DNA from: Candidatus Calditenuis fumarioli
GTDB lineage: Archaea > Thermoproteota > Nitrososphaeria_A > Caldarchaeales > Calditenuaceae
Assembly (NCBI GenBank): GCA_030059665.1
Contig: JANVYR010000002.1
Coordinates: 32,001-96,000, forward strand
Direction: 5' to 3'
Length of the DNA: 64,000 nt
In this document: piece by piece, positions 25,681 through 35,986 of the stretch
Layout of the letters: each line of letters opens with the position of its first letter
How positions within the stretch are numbered: the stretch's first letter is position 1
The notes under the pieces: generated by a model
The model's database searches: none
What the model saw: only the letters and a program-made list of their open reading frames with translations
Told to the model about the DNA's origin: nothing
Translations under genes and position numbers: made by a program

Positions 25681-26300
25681 ATTAAGACACGTTACGAACT
25701 CTCCTTTTCCTTCCAATCCCTTTTTCACTCATTCACTTATAAACAACAACGGATACCATACTCATCTGGGCTGCCCATAGAAGAAACAATAATTGAATTC
25801 AGAGAGCCTTCGAATACCTGCTCTGCCCCAGTTGTTGTGGGTGCAAATGTTGTTGGATGTGGAAACCGCCAAGGAACCCGCGTTCCGTCCTTTTCTACCT
25901 TTTCATTCCTAGCCAAGGGTTCCCTGCTGGAGAGGAGTGTAATGACTGGCCTCTACGTTTCGAGGAATGCCTCAGCTCTCTCATCTCGACCCTATCCTTC
26001 CGATGTTATCGTCTCTTATTGCAGACCCTGGAATTATCATCACCTTGTGTATGCTAACCATCTGAGACGACTCACAAGCGACAACTACAGGATGTTCTTT
26101 CTACATGACAAATCAGTCTGGCTGCCTCGAGACGCTCGGCTGGGTTGTCTTTTTCACACGTTTTCGATCGGGTGAGAATTACATGTTCTTAGTTATGGTC
26201 CGCGACATGATGCCGGGCAGACATGTGTTGCCCCAGACACATGGGATAGCTGAACTTTATTTCCTCCTGAAGATGAGGTATGTCGGTACTCAGGTTGAGT

Positions 26301-27047
26301 ATGTCGCACCCACGTTCCGTTGAGGTCTGGGCTTCGATCGACCTGCTCGAGGGGAACGTCGTCAGGTTGATCCGAGGCGAGATCGGCAACGCGATCGTTT
26401 ACTCGACTAACCCCCTCCACGTGGTCAGGAAGCTCACCTCATACGGGTTCGACGGCTTCCACATCGTCGACCTGGACAGGGCCCTTGGTCGCGGGAGCAA
26501 CCTCGAGACGATCCGCAGGATCCTGCAGGAGCTCAGGGGCTTCAAGGTCCAGCTCGGGGGAGGGATGAGGGACAGGGCCTCTATCGGGGAGGCGCTGGCC
26601 CTGAACGTCGACAGGGTGGTCCTCGGGACCGTGCTGGTGACCTCGCCCTCGCTGGTCCAGGAGCTGGTGCAGGAGCACTCCGGCGAGAGGTTCGTCGCGG
26701 CCCTCGACTACGACCCCTCGGGCACGGTCGTGTACAACGGCTGGACCTCCAAGGCCGCTATGCAGCTGAGCGAGGGGTACCGTCTCGTCAGGTCGCTCGG
26801 GATAAGGTACGTGCTCGCCACGAGCGTCGCCAACGACGGCACCCTCTCCGGGCCCGACGTGGGCAGGCTCTCCCGCCTCAGCCCGGAGGACAGGGCCATG
26901 ACCTACGTCAGCGGCGGCATCTCCTCCGTCAGCCACATCAGGGAGCTGCGTTCGCTGGGCGTCAGGGGCGTGGTCCTCGGTAGGGTCCTCTACGAGCAGC
27001 TGGTCAGCCCCAGGAACCTGATCGAGGCGGCCCGCTCCCAGACCTGA
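26301..27047 (+). CDS. hisA: HisA-family (beta/alpha)8 isomerase
   Basis: ASIDLLEGNVVRL, HIVDLD, QLGGGMR, RVVLGT, DGTLSGPD, SGGISS, GVVLGR. Confidence 0.85.
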   Translation: MSHPRSVEVWASIDLLEGNVVRLIRGEIGNAIVYSTNPLHVVRKLTSYGFDGFHIVDLDRALGRGSNLETIRRILQELRGFKVQLGGGMRDRASIGEALALNVDRVVLGTVLVTSPSLVQELVQEHSGERFVAALDYDPSGTVVYNGWTSKAAMQLSEGYRLVRSLGIRYVLATSVANDGTLSGPDVGRLSRLSPEDRAMTYVSGGISSVSHIRELRSLGVRGVVLGRVLYEQLVSPRNLIEAARSQT

Positions 27048-27065
27048 AGGGCGAGTATCGGCGGT

Positions 27066-27590
27066 TCATGCGAGCTTCATCAGCAGCTCCAGAGGCACCC
27101 TCGACTCGCTCCCGGCCGACGCGATCACCTCTCCCTTCCCGTCCAGCAGCAGAAGAACCCGCTCGCCCCTGCTCCTCGGAGAGTGGTCGATGTACCTGAT
27201 CCTCGTTCCGTTGACCTCTGCGTCGACCACGAACCCGCGAACCGGCCCCGGAGCCTGCTGGCCGCGCGGCACGGGGTTGCCCGCGATCACGTGGAACCTG
27301 GGCACCTCTGTCCCCCGGACGAGGTCGAGCGTCCTGAGCACGGTCCCCACAGCGAGCTTCCGCCGCTTCCTGCCGAGCTCCCACCTGATCCAGAGCGCCG
27401 CGATGACCGAAGAGACCGCCGCTAGGACCGCAAGGCCGTGATGCAGGGCATCCGACCTGAGGCCGACGGCCACCGCGACCACCCCTGCCGAGAAGAGCAG
27501 CTCCAGAGCGAGCACGCGCTTCATCCTGTCGAGCCTGTACAGGTCGTGGAAGGGGACGGCCTGCCGCACCGATCCCTCCTCCCCTCCCAA
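27066..27590 (-). CDS. Hypothetical membrane protein
   Basis: Two TM helices followed by a beta-rich domain. Confidence 0.55.
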   Translation of the reverse strand: MGGEEGSVRQAVPFHDLYRLDRMKRVLALELLFSAGVVAVAVGLRSDALHHGLAVLAAVSSVIAALWIRWELGRKRRKLAVGTVLRTLDLVRGTEVPRFHVIAGNPVPRGQQAPGPVRGFVVDAEVNGTRIRYIDHSPRSRGERVLLLLDGKGEVIASAGSESRVPLELLMKLA

Positions 27591-27646
27591 GGTGAATAAT
27601 CTTTGCTGGGTCCTGCCCTACCCTTTGCTCGGTCTCCACGCGGAGC

Positions 27647-28165
27647 TCAGTTCTCCTGCTGAACCTGTGGGGCAGCCGCGATGCGGTTCACGACGATGCG
27701 GTAGTCCTTGGGGAGCTTGCTCGCGGCTATCCTCAGCGCCTCCTTCGCGACCTCCAGGTTCTTGGCATCGACGTAGAGGCTGATCACCTCCTTCCCTGCG
27801 TAGACCTGTGCGGCCCTCCCGACCGGCCTGCCGAAGGCCCTGCTCATCCCCTCCTGGAGCCTGTCCGCGTGCGCGCCGAAGATCAGCTTGTTCTCCCTGA
27901 GCACGTGGTGCGGGTGGGCCCTAACGACCAGGTAGAAGCTGTCGCCGATCTTGGAGGAGAGGAACTTCCCCGCGGCCACCCTGGCGGCCTCGAGCGCCAC
28001 GTCCCTGACCTGGACGTCCGTCTTCGCGACCAGGTCGAGCCTCAGCTCGTACCCCTCCCTCCACGTCCCGTAGTCGTACTTGGCTATCCTCGGCTGCGGA
28101 GCTCCGGCTATGAACTCCTCCCGCGTGTAGGGCCTCTCGATCGCCCTGTAGTTCCTCGCCCTCAT
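27647..28165 (-). CDS. rpl10e: 50S ribosomal protein L10e (uL16)
   Basis: ALEAARV, PHHVLRENK, ADRLQEGM..AFGRP.G.AA. Confidence 0.97.
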   Translation of the reverse strand: MRARNYRAIERPYTREEFIAGAPQPRIAKYDYGTWREGYELRLDLVAKTDVQVRDVALEAARVAAGKFLSSKIGDSFYLVVRAHPHHVLRENKLIFGAHADRLQEGMSRAFGRPVGRAAQVYAGKEVISLYVDAKNLEVAKEALRIAASKLPKDYRIVVNRIAAAPQVQQEN

Positions 28166-28321
28166 CCTCCCGTCGCCCGAGTCCCTCAGCGTGGTTTAAG
28201 AGGTTTGCCCGATGCCGGATCCGAGAAGGCCGGAGCGAGAAGGGCCGGCGCCCCGAGGTGGGAGGTTCATCTGGGACCGGCGGTTGATCCTTCACGGGGT
28301 CGCTTGCTGCTGGTCGAGTAC

Positions 28322-28846
28322 ATGGGTCACAGGATGGCCGCGGAGGCGTATAGGGTGAGGGTCAGCGATCCGGTGGGGACGCTGGTGGAGGCGGGCCTCA
28401 TCGGCCGCGAACCGATCCAGCTCTACGACCCCTCCGCAGTTGTCTCGGCTCGTCATCTGACGCTGGCTTTCCTGTGCGCCGTCGACGCGTTCTCCACGGG
28501 GACCAACAGGGCCAAGCGGATGGAGGTCGAGTTCCTCAGGTTCCTCGCTGGCTCCAGACAGATCTCCGAGGCGATAGGCCTGGTGGGCGTGAGGCCCGGC
28601 ACGGAGGTCGTCGGCGTCGCTGCCTTCTCCGGAGGTGGCCTCGATCCAGTCGGTCTGCTGGAAAGGGCAAGATCTCTCCTCGGCGGCGATCCGGAGCCAG
28701 GGATGCTGGCCTCCGCGAACCCGAGCGAGGTCCTCCGGAGGATGAGCGTCCCGGAGGAGCTGGTCGATGCGATCCCGGAATCCGAGGGGGCCAGCAGGGA
28801 GGAGCTGGCCGTTCTCGAGCGGATCTCGGTGCTCAGGATAATCTGA
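28322..28846 (+). CDS. cgi121: KEOPS complex subunit Cgi121
   Basis: QLYDP..VVSARHL, NRAKRMEVEFLRFLAGSRQISEAI...GV, LERISV. Confidence 0.85.
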   Translation: MGHRMAAEAYRVRVSDPVGTLVEAGLIGREPIQLYDPSAVVSARHLTLAFLCAVDAFSTGTNRAKRMEVEFLRFLAGSRQISEAIGLVGVRPGTEVVGVAAFSGGGLDPVGLLERARSLLGGDPEPGMLASANPSEVLRRMSVPEELVDAIPESEGASREELAVLERISVLRII

Positions 28847-28904
28847 TGCGGACTCCGCAGAAATTTATGAGGAGGCTTTAGCAGGTCAGCGTAGGTGATC
28901 TGAG

Positions 28905-30542
28905 ATGGCCCTGTCTGGGCAACCCGTTATCATCCTGAAGGAGGGGACTTCGAGGACGCGGGGAAGGGCTGCGCAGAGGAACAACATCGCAGCTGCCAAG
29001 ATCATCGCGGAGATCGTCAAGACGACGCTCGGCCCGAAGGGGATGGACAAGATCCTCGTCGACTCGATAGGCGACGTGATCGTCACCAACGACGGCGCCA
29101 CCATCCTCGAGAAGATGGACGTCGAGCACCCGGCCGCTAAGATGATCATCGAGGTGGCCAAGACCCAGGACAAGATGGTCGGCGACGGCACGACGACCGC
29201 GGTGGTCCTTGCGGGCGAGCTGCTCAGGAAGGCAGAGGAGCTGCTGGACCAGAAGATCCACGCCAGCACCATCATCACCGGGTACAGGAGGGCCCTCCAG
29301 GTGGCTCTGAGGAGGCTCGAGGAGATAGCCAAGCCGGTATCGCTCAACGACCGCGAGACCCTCAGGAAGATCGTCAAGACCTCCCTCGGTAGCAAGTCCC
29401 TCGGCTTCGCGACCGACCACATCGCGGACCTGGCGATCGACGCGGTGCTCAGCGTCGTCAGGGAGGTGAACGGCAAGAGGAAGGCCGACAAGGACGACAT
29501 CCAGATCGTCAAGAAGATCGGGAAGAGCCTCCTCGAGTCCCAGGTCGTCAAGGGGATCATCGTGGACAAGGAGGTGGTCCACCCGGCGATGCCGAAGACC
29601 GTCAAGAACGCGAAGATAGCCCTCATCGATGCTCCCTTCGAGATTGAGAAGACCGAGTTCAGCGCCGAGATCAGGATAAGGAGCCCGGAGCTGATGAAGC
29701 AGTTCCTCGACGAGGAGCACAGGATCCTCCAAGAGATGGTCGACAAGGTCGCCTCGGTGGGCGCGAACGTGGTCTTCTGCCAGAAGGGGATCGACGACGC
29801 GGCCCAGTTCTTCCTCGCGAAGAGGGGCATACTGGCGGTCAGGAGGGTGAAGAGGAGCGACATGGAGAAGCTCGAGAAGGCCACAGGTGGGAGGATCGTC
29901 ACCAACTTCGAGGACCTCCAGCCGAAGGACCTGGGCTACGCCGAGCTGGTCGAGGAGAGGAAGATCGGCGAGGACCGCATGGTCTTCGTCGAGGGCTGTA
30001 AGGACCCGAAGGCGGTCTCGGTGCTGATCAGGGCCGGACTCGAGCGCCAGCTTGACGAGGCCGAGAGGGCGCTGAACGACGCGATCATGAACGTGATCAA
30101 CATCGTCGACGACAACCGCTTCGTCCCCGGCGGAGGCGCTGTCGAGGTCGAGCTGGCCAAGGCCGTCAGGGAGGAGGCCTCGAAGTACCCGGGGAAGGAG
30201 CAGCTGGCGATGCTGGCCTTCGCTGAGGCGCTGGAGATCATACCCAAGACGCTCGCGGAGAACGCGGGCCTCGACCCGATCGACATCATGACGTCCCTCA
30301 GGAACAAGCACGCCGAGAACGGGATCTCCTACGGCATCAACCTGCTCACCGGCAAGGTCGACGACATGTTCCAGCTCGGCGTGATCGAGCCCCTCAAGGT
30401 GAAGGTTCAGGCGCTGAAGTCGAGCTTCGAGGCATCCGCGATGATCCTGAGGATCGACGACGTCATCGCCGCAAGCAAGAAGAAGGAAGAGGAGAAGAAG
30501 AGCAAGAAGGGCGAGGAGACCGAGTCCTCCGAGTTCGACTGA
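28905..30542 (+). CDS. ths: Thermosome (group II chaperonin) subunit
   Basis: TLGPKGMDK, TNDGATIL, GDGTTT, VPGGGAVE. Confidence 0.98.
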   Translation: MALSGQPVIILKEGTSRTRGRAAQRNNIAAAKIIAEIVKTTLGPKGMDKILVDSIGDVIVTNDGATILEKMDVEHPAAKMIIEVAKTQDKMVGDGTTTAVVLAGELLRKAEELLDQKIHASTIITGYRRALQVALRRLEEIAKPVSLNDRETLRKIVKTSLGSKSLGFATDHIADLAIDAVLSVVREVNGKRKADKDDIQIVKKIGKSLLESQVVKGIIVDKEVVHPAMPKTVKNAKIALIDAPFEIEKTEFSAEIRIRSPELMKQFLDEEHRILQEMVDKVASVGANVVFCQKGIDDAAQFFLAKRGILAVRRVKRSDMEKLEKATGGRIVTNFEDLQPKDLGYAELVEERKIGEDRMVFVEGCKDPKAVSVLIRAGLERQLDEAERALNDAIMNVINIVDDNRFVPGGGAVEVELAKAVREEASKYPGKEQLAMLAFAEALEIIPKTLAENAGLDPIDIMTSLRNKHAENGISYGINLLTGKVDDMFQLGVIEPLKVKVQALKSSFEASAMILRIDDVIAASKKKEEEKKSKKGEETESSEFD

Positions 30543-30677
30543 GCTTCTCCAATCCAATCTTTCTCAGAGCGTCCAGCGTTTTTCCCGTCGCCTTTCCCGT
30601 TCCCCGGCTGACGTCATTTCCCGACCGTCAAAGGTCTCAAGATTTTTGTTCTGAAGTGCCGTGACCCAACGGAAGGC

Positions 30678-32090
30678 ATGCAGGGGTCTTCCGACGTGGG
30701 CGTTCTGGGCTTGGGGCCGATGGGCGAGAACTTCGCGCTGAACCTGCTGAGCAGGGGCTTCTCCGTCTCGGTCTACAACAGGACCCCCGAGAGGACCAGG
30801 GCCTTCCTCGAGAGGTCCGGAGCCCCTGAGGGTCTGAGGGCGACCTACTCCGTCCAGGAGTTCGTCTCGTCGCTCTCCAGGCCCAGGAGGGTCTTCCTCT
30901 TCGTCAAGGCAGGCGCGCCGGTCGACGAGGTCATCGCGCAGCTGAGGCCCCACCTCGAGGAGGGCGACGTTCTAATCGACTGCGGCAACTCCCACTTCAG
31001 GGACTCGGACAGGAGGTACCAGGAGCTGCTGGGGCAGGGGGTCGACTTCATCGGCATGGGCGTCAGCGGAGGCTACGAGGGAGCTCTGCGGGGTCCTTCG
31101 ATGATGGCGGGAGGCTCGATCAGGGGCTACGGGTCGGTCGAGGGCGTTCTGCGGGAGGTCGCTGCGCGCCACCACGGCGACCCCTGCGTGGCCTACTTCG
31201 GTCCAGGAGGCTCGGGACACCTGGTGAAGACGGTGCACAACGGGATCGAGTACGCCATGATGGGAGCGATAGCCGAGGTCTACGGCGTCCTGCGCGCAGG
31301 CCTCGGGATGGGCCCGGAGGAGGCGTCCGAGGTCTTCGAGTCCTGGTCGAACGGCGAGCTCTCCTCCTTCCTCGTGGAGGCGACGTACAGGGTGCTGAGG
31401 TACAGGGAGCGGGAATCGGAGGGGCCCCTGATAGAGCGGGTGCTGGACGTCGCGGAGCAGAAGGGAACGGGGTTGTGGACCGCACAGCTCTCGCTCGAGC
31501 TCGGCGTCCCCTCCCCCTCCATCTCGGAGGCCGTACACGGTCGCTTCGTCAGCGCCATGAAAGGTTTCAGGGAGAAGGCTTCGAGGTTCGCCTGCAGCGC
31601 AGGCCCTTCCACCGCGGAGTCGGACCTGCTCGAGGCCTGCAGGAGCTCGCTGTACCTCACCTTCGTCTCCTCCTACCTCCAGGGGTCGCTGCTGCTCGAG
31701 GCCTCTTCGAGGTCCCTCGGGTACGGCTTCGACGTCGCGGAGGCCTTCAGGGTCTGGAGGGCCGGTTGCATAATCAGGTCGAGGATCGTGGAGAGGGCCT
31801 ACTCGGCGCTGCTCGGCAGGGAGGCTGAGAGCAGGACGCTCCAGCTGATGGAGGAGTTCCACCGGGACTTCAGGGAGCGGATGGTCTGGTGGGCTGACTT
31901 CGTGGCTGCAGCGGCGAGGCTCGGCGTTCCCGCACCCGTCACCTCCTCGGCCATGAACTGGTACCTCTCGGTCACCTCCCGCAGGCTGACGGCGAACCTC
32001 GTCCAGGCCCTGAGGGACTACTTCGGCCGGCACGGCTATCAGAGGACCGACATGCCCGGGACCTTCACGTCCGACTGGGGTCGAGGGTAG
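30678..32090 (+). CDS. gndA: 6-phosphogluconate dehydrogenase, decarboxylating, long form
   Basis: GLGPMG.NFALN, YNRT, IDCGN, GVSGGYEGALRGPSMM, GHLVKTVHNGIEY, QKGTG, WRAGCIIRS, QALRDYFG.H. Confidence 0.95.
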   Translation: MQGSSDVGVLGLGPMGENFALNLLSRGFSVSVYNRTPERTRAFLERSGAPEGLRATYSVQEFVSSLSRPRRVFLFVKAGAPVDEVIAQLRPHLEEGDVLIDCGNSHFRDSDRRYQELLGQGVDFIGMGVSGGYEGALRGPSMMAGGSIRGYGSVEGVLREVAARHHGDPCVAYFGPGGSGHLVKTVHNGIEYAMMGAIAEVYGVLRAGLGMGPEEASEVFESWSNGELSSFLVEATYRVLRYRERESEGPLIERVLDVAEQKGTGLWTAQLSLELGVPSPSISEAVHGRFVSAMKGFREKASRFACSAGPSTAESDLLEACRSSLYLTFVSSYLQGSLLLEASSRSLGYGFDVAEAFRVWRAGCIIRSRIVERAYSALLGREAESRTLQLMEEFHRDFRERMVWWADFVAAAARLGVPAPVTSSAMNWYLSVTSRRLTANLVQALRDYFGRHGYQRTDMPGTFTSDWGRG

Positions 32091-33064
32091 TGGAGGTCTG
32101 GGTGCCCTGGCGCGACACCGAGCTGCTCCTCGAGCTCCCCGGTGAGGCCCTGGTAGACCTGATGGACCCTCCCGAGCCGGATCCTTCGTCGGTCAGGAAC
32201 GACCCGCTCACCGACCGCAATTTTCCGGTCGCGTTGCTCGACGTGACCTTCGCGTCTCCGGGCTCGATCGGAACGCTGGTCAGGAGGTGCCCGGCCGAGG
32301 AGACCTACGTGATATCTTGGGCGGACCTGGAGTCGCCGAGCTCCGGCACGGAGCTGAGGAGGGCCGCGGAGGTCGAGGGCGCTCTTCCGGTGACGGACGT
32401 CAATGGGCTCTCGGCGCTGAGGGAGAGGGTTGCGCGCTCCGGCGAGCTCCTGCTGGTGGCTCCCTCCGTGGCCTCGCTGGTCCACGCCCTCGATGACCGA
32501 TCGCTGGCTGAGTCCGTCTGCGTCACCCTCGGCATCGGCCCGGAGGAGGTGAGGGTGGAGGTCCTCAGGTACCTCGTCGACCAGAGGGGCGAGTTCACCG
32601 GCTTCACCGGTCAGGGCCCGCAGGTCCAGGAGCCCGAGAGGGGATACGACCTGGTGGTCTGCTCTCCCGGCGGCAGGCCCTTCGACAGGACGCTCGTCGG
32701 GTCGCTCCTGGTGGCTCTCGCAGCGTCGCGCCTCTCCGCCGACGGACGGGTTCTGGGGGTCGTCTGCGGGTGCGAGGAGGGCTTCGGGTCGAGGCTCGCG
32801 CTGGACGGAATGATCCGCGGATCCGGTGAGGGGATCAACGGCGTCTACGCGCTTCTGGCCTCCAGGTTCGTGGAGGAGAGGTCGAGGGTCAGGATCCTGA
32901 CGAACGCGCCCCTTCCCCGAGCAGTCGTCCAGGAACTCCTGGGGATCCGGCAGGCGTCGAGGGTAGACGACTTAGTTCATGCGGCGACGCGGTTCGTCGG
33001 CAGGGAGATCAGGGTTGCCGTGCTCAGGAGGGCCGCTCTCGGCTTCCGGCTCCCTTCTCAGTGA
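32090..33064 (+). CDS. LarA (lactate racemase)-like domain protein, divergent
   Basis: N-terminal VWVPWRDTELLLELP and C-terminal DLVVCSPGGRPFDRTL....L...CEEGFG resemble LarA; middle region short and degenerate. Confidence 0.55.
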   Translation: MEVWVPWRDTELLLELPGEALVDLMDPPEPDPSSVRNDPLTDRNFPVALLDVTFASPGSIGTLVRRCPAEETYVISWADLESPSSGTELRRAAEVEGALPVTDVNGLSALRERVARSGELLLVAPSVASLVHALDDRSLAESVCVTLGIGPEEVRVEVLRYLVDQRGEFTGFTGQGPQVQEPERGYDLVVCSPGGRPFDRTLVGSLLVALAASRLSADGRVLGVVCGCEEGFGSRLALDGMIRGSGEGINGVYALLASRFVEERSRVRILTNAPLPRAVVQELLGIRQASRVDDLVHAATRFVGREIRVAVLRRAALGFRLPSQ

Positions 33065-33106
33065 AGGGGCCGCAAGAGGGTGATCCCTGCGCCCTTCCCT
33101 TTCCTT

Positions 33107-34189
33107 TCAGCCCAGAGGTATCGGGAACCACATGACGACGAACGTGACCAGCAGCATCCCCAGCGCTCCGATCAGCGCCAGCTTCCTCCCCCTCGAGAGC
33201 GGCGATACGTTGTCCAGCACCGGAATGTCCACGGGGTTCCTCATCAGCAGCAAGAGCAGGATCGCGAAGAAGAAATAGCCCGTGAGCAGCAGGATCCCAA
33301 CGGATGCGTAGGACGCGATCAGGTGACCCCTCCTCGAGAGGAAGCTCCTGAAGACGCGGCCGCCGTCGAGCTGCCAGATCGGCAGGAGGTTCAGGCTCGT
33401 CACCACCATGCCCAGCCAGGCCGCGAAGCCGAAGGGCGGGAAGATCGGCACGAGGTTTCCCCTGCCCATGAGCAGGTCGAAGAGGTGGAAGACCAGCGGA
33501 GCTCCCAGGACCGCAACCCTCCCCTCCTGGACGAGCCTCGCCACCTCCTCCGGAGGCACCCAGGTCGCAGAGGCGTAGGAGAGGTACGTCACGAACAGGG
33601 CCACCGCGAAGCCGGCGACCGGCCCGCTGATCCCGAGGTCGAAGAGGTCGTCCCTGTTGACGATGGGGCCACGCTGGAAGATCACCGCGCCGAAGGTCGG
33701 CAACGTCCCCGGGATGCCCGGGATGAAGTAGGGCAGGCTCGTGTCGATGCCGTCGATCCTCGCAGAGACCTTGTGGCCGAGCTCGTGGATACCGACGATC
33801 GCCATCACGGCGGCCGCGTAGACGGCGGCGCTGAAGAGGGGGTCGTTGAACGGCGGCCTGAGGAGGTCTGAACCGCCCAGCGACCTGAGGTAACCGTCCG
33901 CAAAGGTAGTAGCTATCGTGATCAGCAGAAGCACCAGCGGCGTCGCGGTCCTCCTCCACCCCATCCCCTGCAGCCGGTAGACCCTCAGCTTCACTCCCAG
34001 CTCGTCCTGCTCCGATATCGGAACGTATCCCGTCCTGGAGAGCTCCCGGTACAGCGACTTGAAGCCCTCCTTGATCTCGGCCTCCGCCACCCGGAACGTG
34101 AGGCTCCCGCCCTCGTAGTAGACGTCCGTGACGGTGAAGTGCCTCGAGACGACCTCCTTCAGGGCCTCGACCTCATGTGGCTGCTCCAA
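33107..34189 (-). CDS. Site-2 protease (M50 family)
   Basis: HELGH, PYFIP, TFGAVI, GPVAG, NLLPIWQLDGG. Confidence 0.93.
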   Translation of the reverse strand: MEQPHEVEALKEVVSRHFTVTDVYYEGGSLTFRVAEAEIKEGFKSLYRELSRTGYVPISEQDELGVKLRVYRLQGMGWRRTATPLVLLLITIATTFADGYLRSLGGSDLLRPPFNDPLFSAAVYAAAVMAIVGIHELGHKVSARIDGIDTSLPYFIPGIPGTLPTFGAVIFQRGPIVNRDDLFDLGISGPVAGFAVALFVTYLSYASATWVPPEEVARLVQEGRVAVLGAPLVFHLFDLLMGRGNLVPIFPPFGFAAWLGMVVTSLNLLPIWQLDGGRVFRSFLSRRGHLIASYASVGILLLTGYFFFAILLLLLMRNPVDIPVLDNVSPLSRGRKLALIGALGMLLVTFVVMWFPIPLG

Positions 34190-34238
34190 CTCCTATCCAT
34201 CCCGGTGGTTTAGGTACGGACCTCCCGGGCAGACGGCC

Positions 34239-35138
34239 TCAGGCCCCCTCTTCGGCGGACTTGAATACCTCGAAGATCTCGTCGTCGTCCACCAGCAGCT
34301 TCAGCTCCTCGAAGTCGACCTTCTCTCCCCTCGAGAGCTTCTCCAGTGCCTCCCGCTTCTTACGCTCCTTTATCGCCGAGATCCTCCGCTTCAGGTACTC
34401 CTCGCGCTCAGCCCTCAACGCCCTCCGGAGGTCGAAGACCCTCGACGCGAGCAGGATCACCTCGGCCTCGTAGCGGTCCCAGACGTTCTTCACCTGCGTG
34501 TACTTCTGCCTGACCTCGTCCAGCTCCGCCTTGAGCATGTCGTACCGTGCGTTGAGCGAGTTCAGCTCAGAGGTTATCGCGGAGATCCGGTTGTTGAGCT
34601 CCTCGAGCTCCGCCCTCTTCTCGTCGAGCGCCCTCTTCTTCGCCTCTATCTCCGGGTACATCTTGAGGAGCTCCTCGTTGATCCTGAGGGCCCTCTCGTA
34701 CTCGTTCAGCATCGCCTCCAGCCTCGAGGCCTCCTCGAAGAGCCTCCTCTCCTCCTCCCTTCTCACCCTGTGCGCTGCCAGGTACAGGTCGATCTCGTCC
34801 AGCCGCTTCCTGATCCGCTCCACGTCGATCCTCTTCAGGGTCCCCTTGATCTCGCCGCGCTTGCTCCTCACCTCGAAGACCGCGTTCAGCAGCTCCTCCC
34901 TGAGCCTCCTCACCTCGCCCCTCAGCTGCCTCGCCTTCTCGAGCAGGCTGATCTTCTCCGCCTTCAGCTCAGCAACCCTCTCCCTGATCCGCTGGAGCTC
35001 GTCCCGCAGGGCGTTACGGCGCTGGTGGTACTCGAGGGCCTCGGCCTTCACCTCGGCGATCTTGTCCTCCAGCTCCCTGATGCGCTCCCTGATCGCGTAG
35101 ATCTGGTCCTCGATCGATCCGCTCTCGGTACCGCTCAT
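34239..35138 (-). CDS. Archaeal long coiled-coil protein (COG1340-like)
   Basis: Continuous heptads; C-terminal EKLSRGEKVDFEEL; start at ATG 35138 overlapping the upstream gene. Confidence 0.75.
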   Translation of the reverse strand: MSGTESGSIEDQIYAIRERIRELEDKIAEVKAEALEYHQRRNALRDELQRIRERVAELKAEKISLLEKARQLRGEVRRLREELLNAVFEVRSKRGEIKGTLKRIDVERIRKRLDEIDLYLAAHRVRREEERRLFEEASRLEAMLNEYERALRINEELLKMYPEIEAKKRALDEKRAELEELNNRISAITSELNSLNARYDMLKAELDEVRQKYTQVKNVWDRYEAEVILLASRVFDLRRALRAEREEYLKRRISAIKERKKREALEKLSRGEKVDFEELKLLVDDDEIFEVFKSAEEGA

Positions 35139-35896
35139 CTCAGCTCGTCCTCCCCCTCTCCGAATAGCCGGGTTATAGCCATGTGCAGGGCGGGGAAGCC
35201 CTCGAGCGTCTTGGAGGAGAGCATGACGTACGGGATCATCGAGCGTATCTCCCCCACGGCCCTTGCCACCTCTCGGGCCATCAGCATCGTCACGCTCCCG
35301 GCGCTCAGCTCCAGGTCCTGCTCGAAGTACTCCTGGGACTCCATCCACCGGGCGATGCGCTTCATGTGCCTCGGCGGCACGATGTCGATCTTCGTCACGG
35401 CCATCATCATCGGCATCGAGAACCTGAGGAACACGGAGGCGGCCAGGAACATCGACGCTGCGAAGGACCTAGGGCCGCTGGCCAGCACCGGATCGACCAG
35501 GTACGCGATGGCTCCCCTCTCGAGGGTCAGGGCCTTCGCGATCATCGGGCCCTCCTTCCTGAAGGCGAAGATCTCCATCTGCCCCGGTGTGTCGACCAGG
35601 ACGTAGTCCACGGCGAGGTCCCTGATCTCGTCGACCAGAACGTCCAGGTTCCTGGCCACCTCCCTGATGGAGTAAATCAGGGCCGAGTTCGGCCCCACGC
35701 CCCTGACGGCCATTATCTGCTCGTAGTCCACCAGCTCCCTCACGTCGACGTCGGGCTCATAGGGAAGGCTCAGCACCGCCGGATCGAGGTTCACCGTTGC
35801 GACCGACTGCTCGTTCTCCTTAAGCCAGTCCGCCAGCGCTGAGGTCAGCGTGGACTTCCCTGAGGAGGCCGTGCCGATCAGGAATATCGTCCTCAA
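35135..35896 (-). CDS. GPN-loop GTPase
   Basis: GTASSGKST, NLDPA, GPN, DTPGQME.F, TKID. Confidence 0.92.
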   Translation of the reverse strand: MRTIFLIGTASSGKSTLTSALADWLKENEQSVATVNLDPAVLSLPYEPDVDVRELVDYEQIMAVRGVGPNSALIYSIREVARNLDVLVDEIRDLAVDYVLVDTPGQMEIFAFRKEGPMIAKALTLERGAIAYLVDPVLASGPRSFAASMFLAASVFLRFSMPMMMAVTKIDIVPPRHMKRIARWMESQEYFEQDLELSAGSVTMLMAREVARAVGEIRSMIPYVMLSSKTLEGFPALHMAITRLFGEGEDELR

Positions 35897-35986
35897 CCGC
35901 CCATCCCTGATACTCTTGGTTCATAAGGGTGAGCCGAGCGCGGCCTTCGGCGCGGTGTTATATCCCGCTGCGCTCCTCGGTCCGCG

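Noticed and set aside
25680-26290. Short ORFs in the AT-rich region downstream of the LAGLIDADG gene
   Set aside because: Frequent stops and no recognisable motif; at most an unidentifiable pseudogene.
28878-30557. 559-aa antisense ORF (and 28886..29905) opposite the thermosome
   Set aside because: Shadow ORF from high GC3 codon bias; no motifs; the sense gene is unambiguous.
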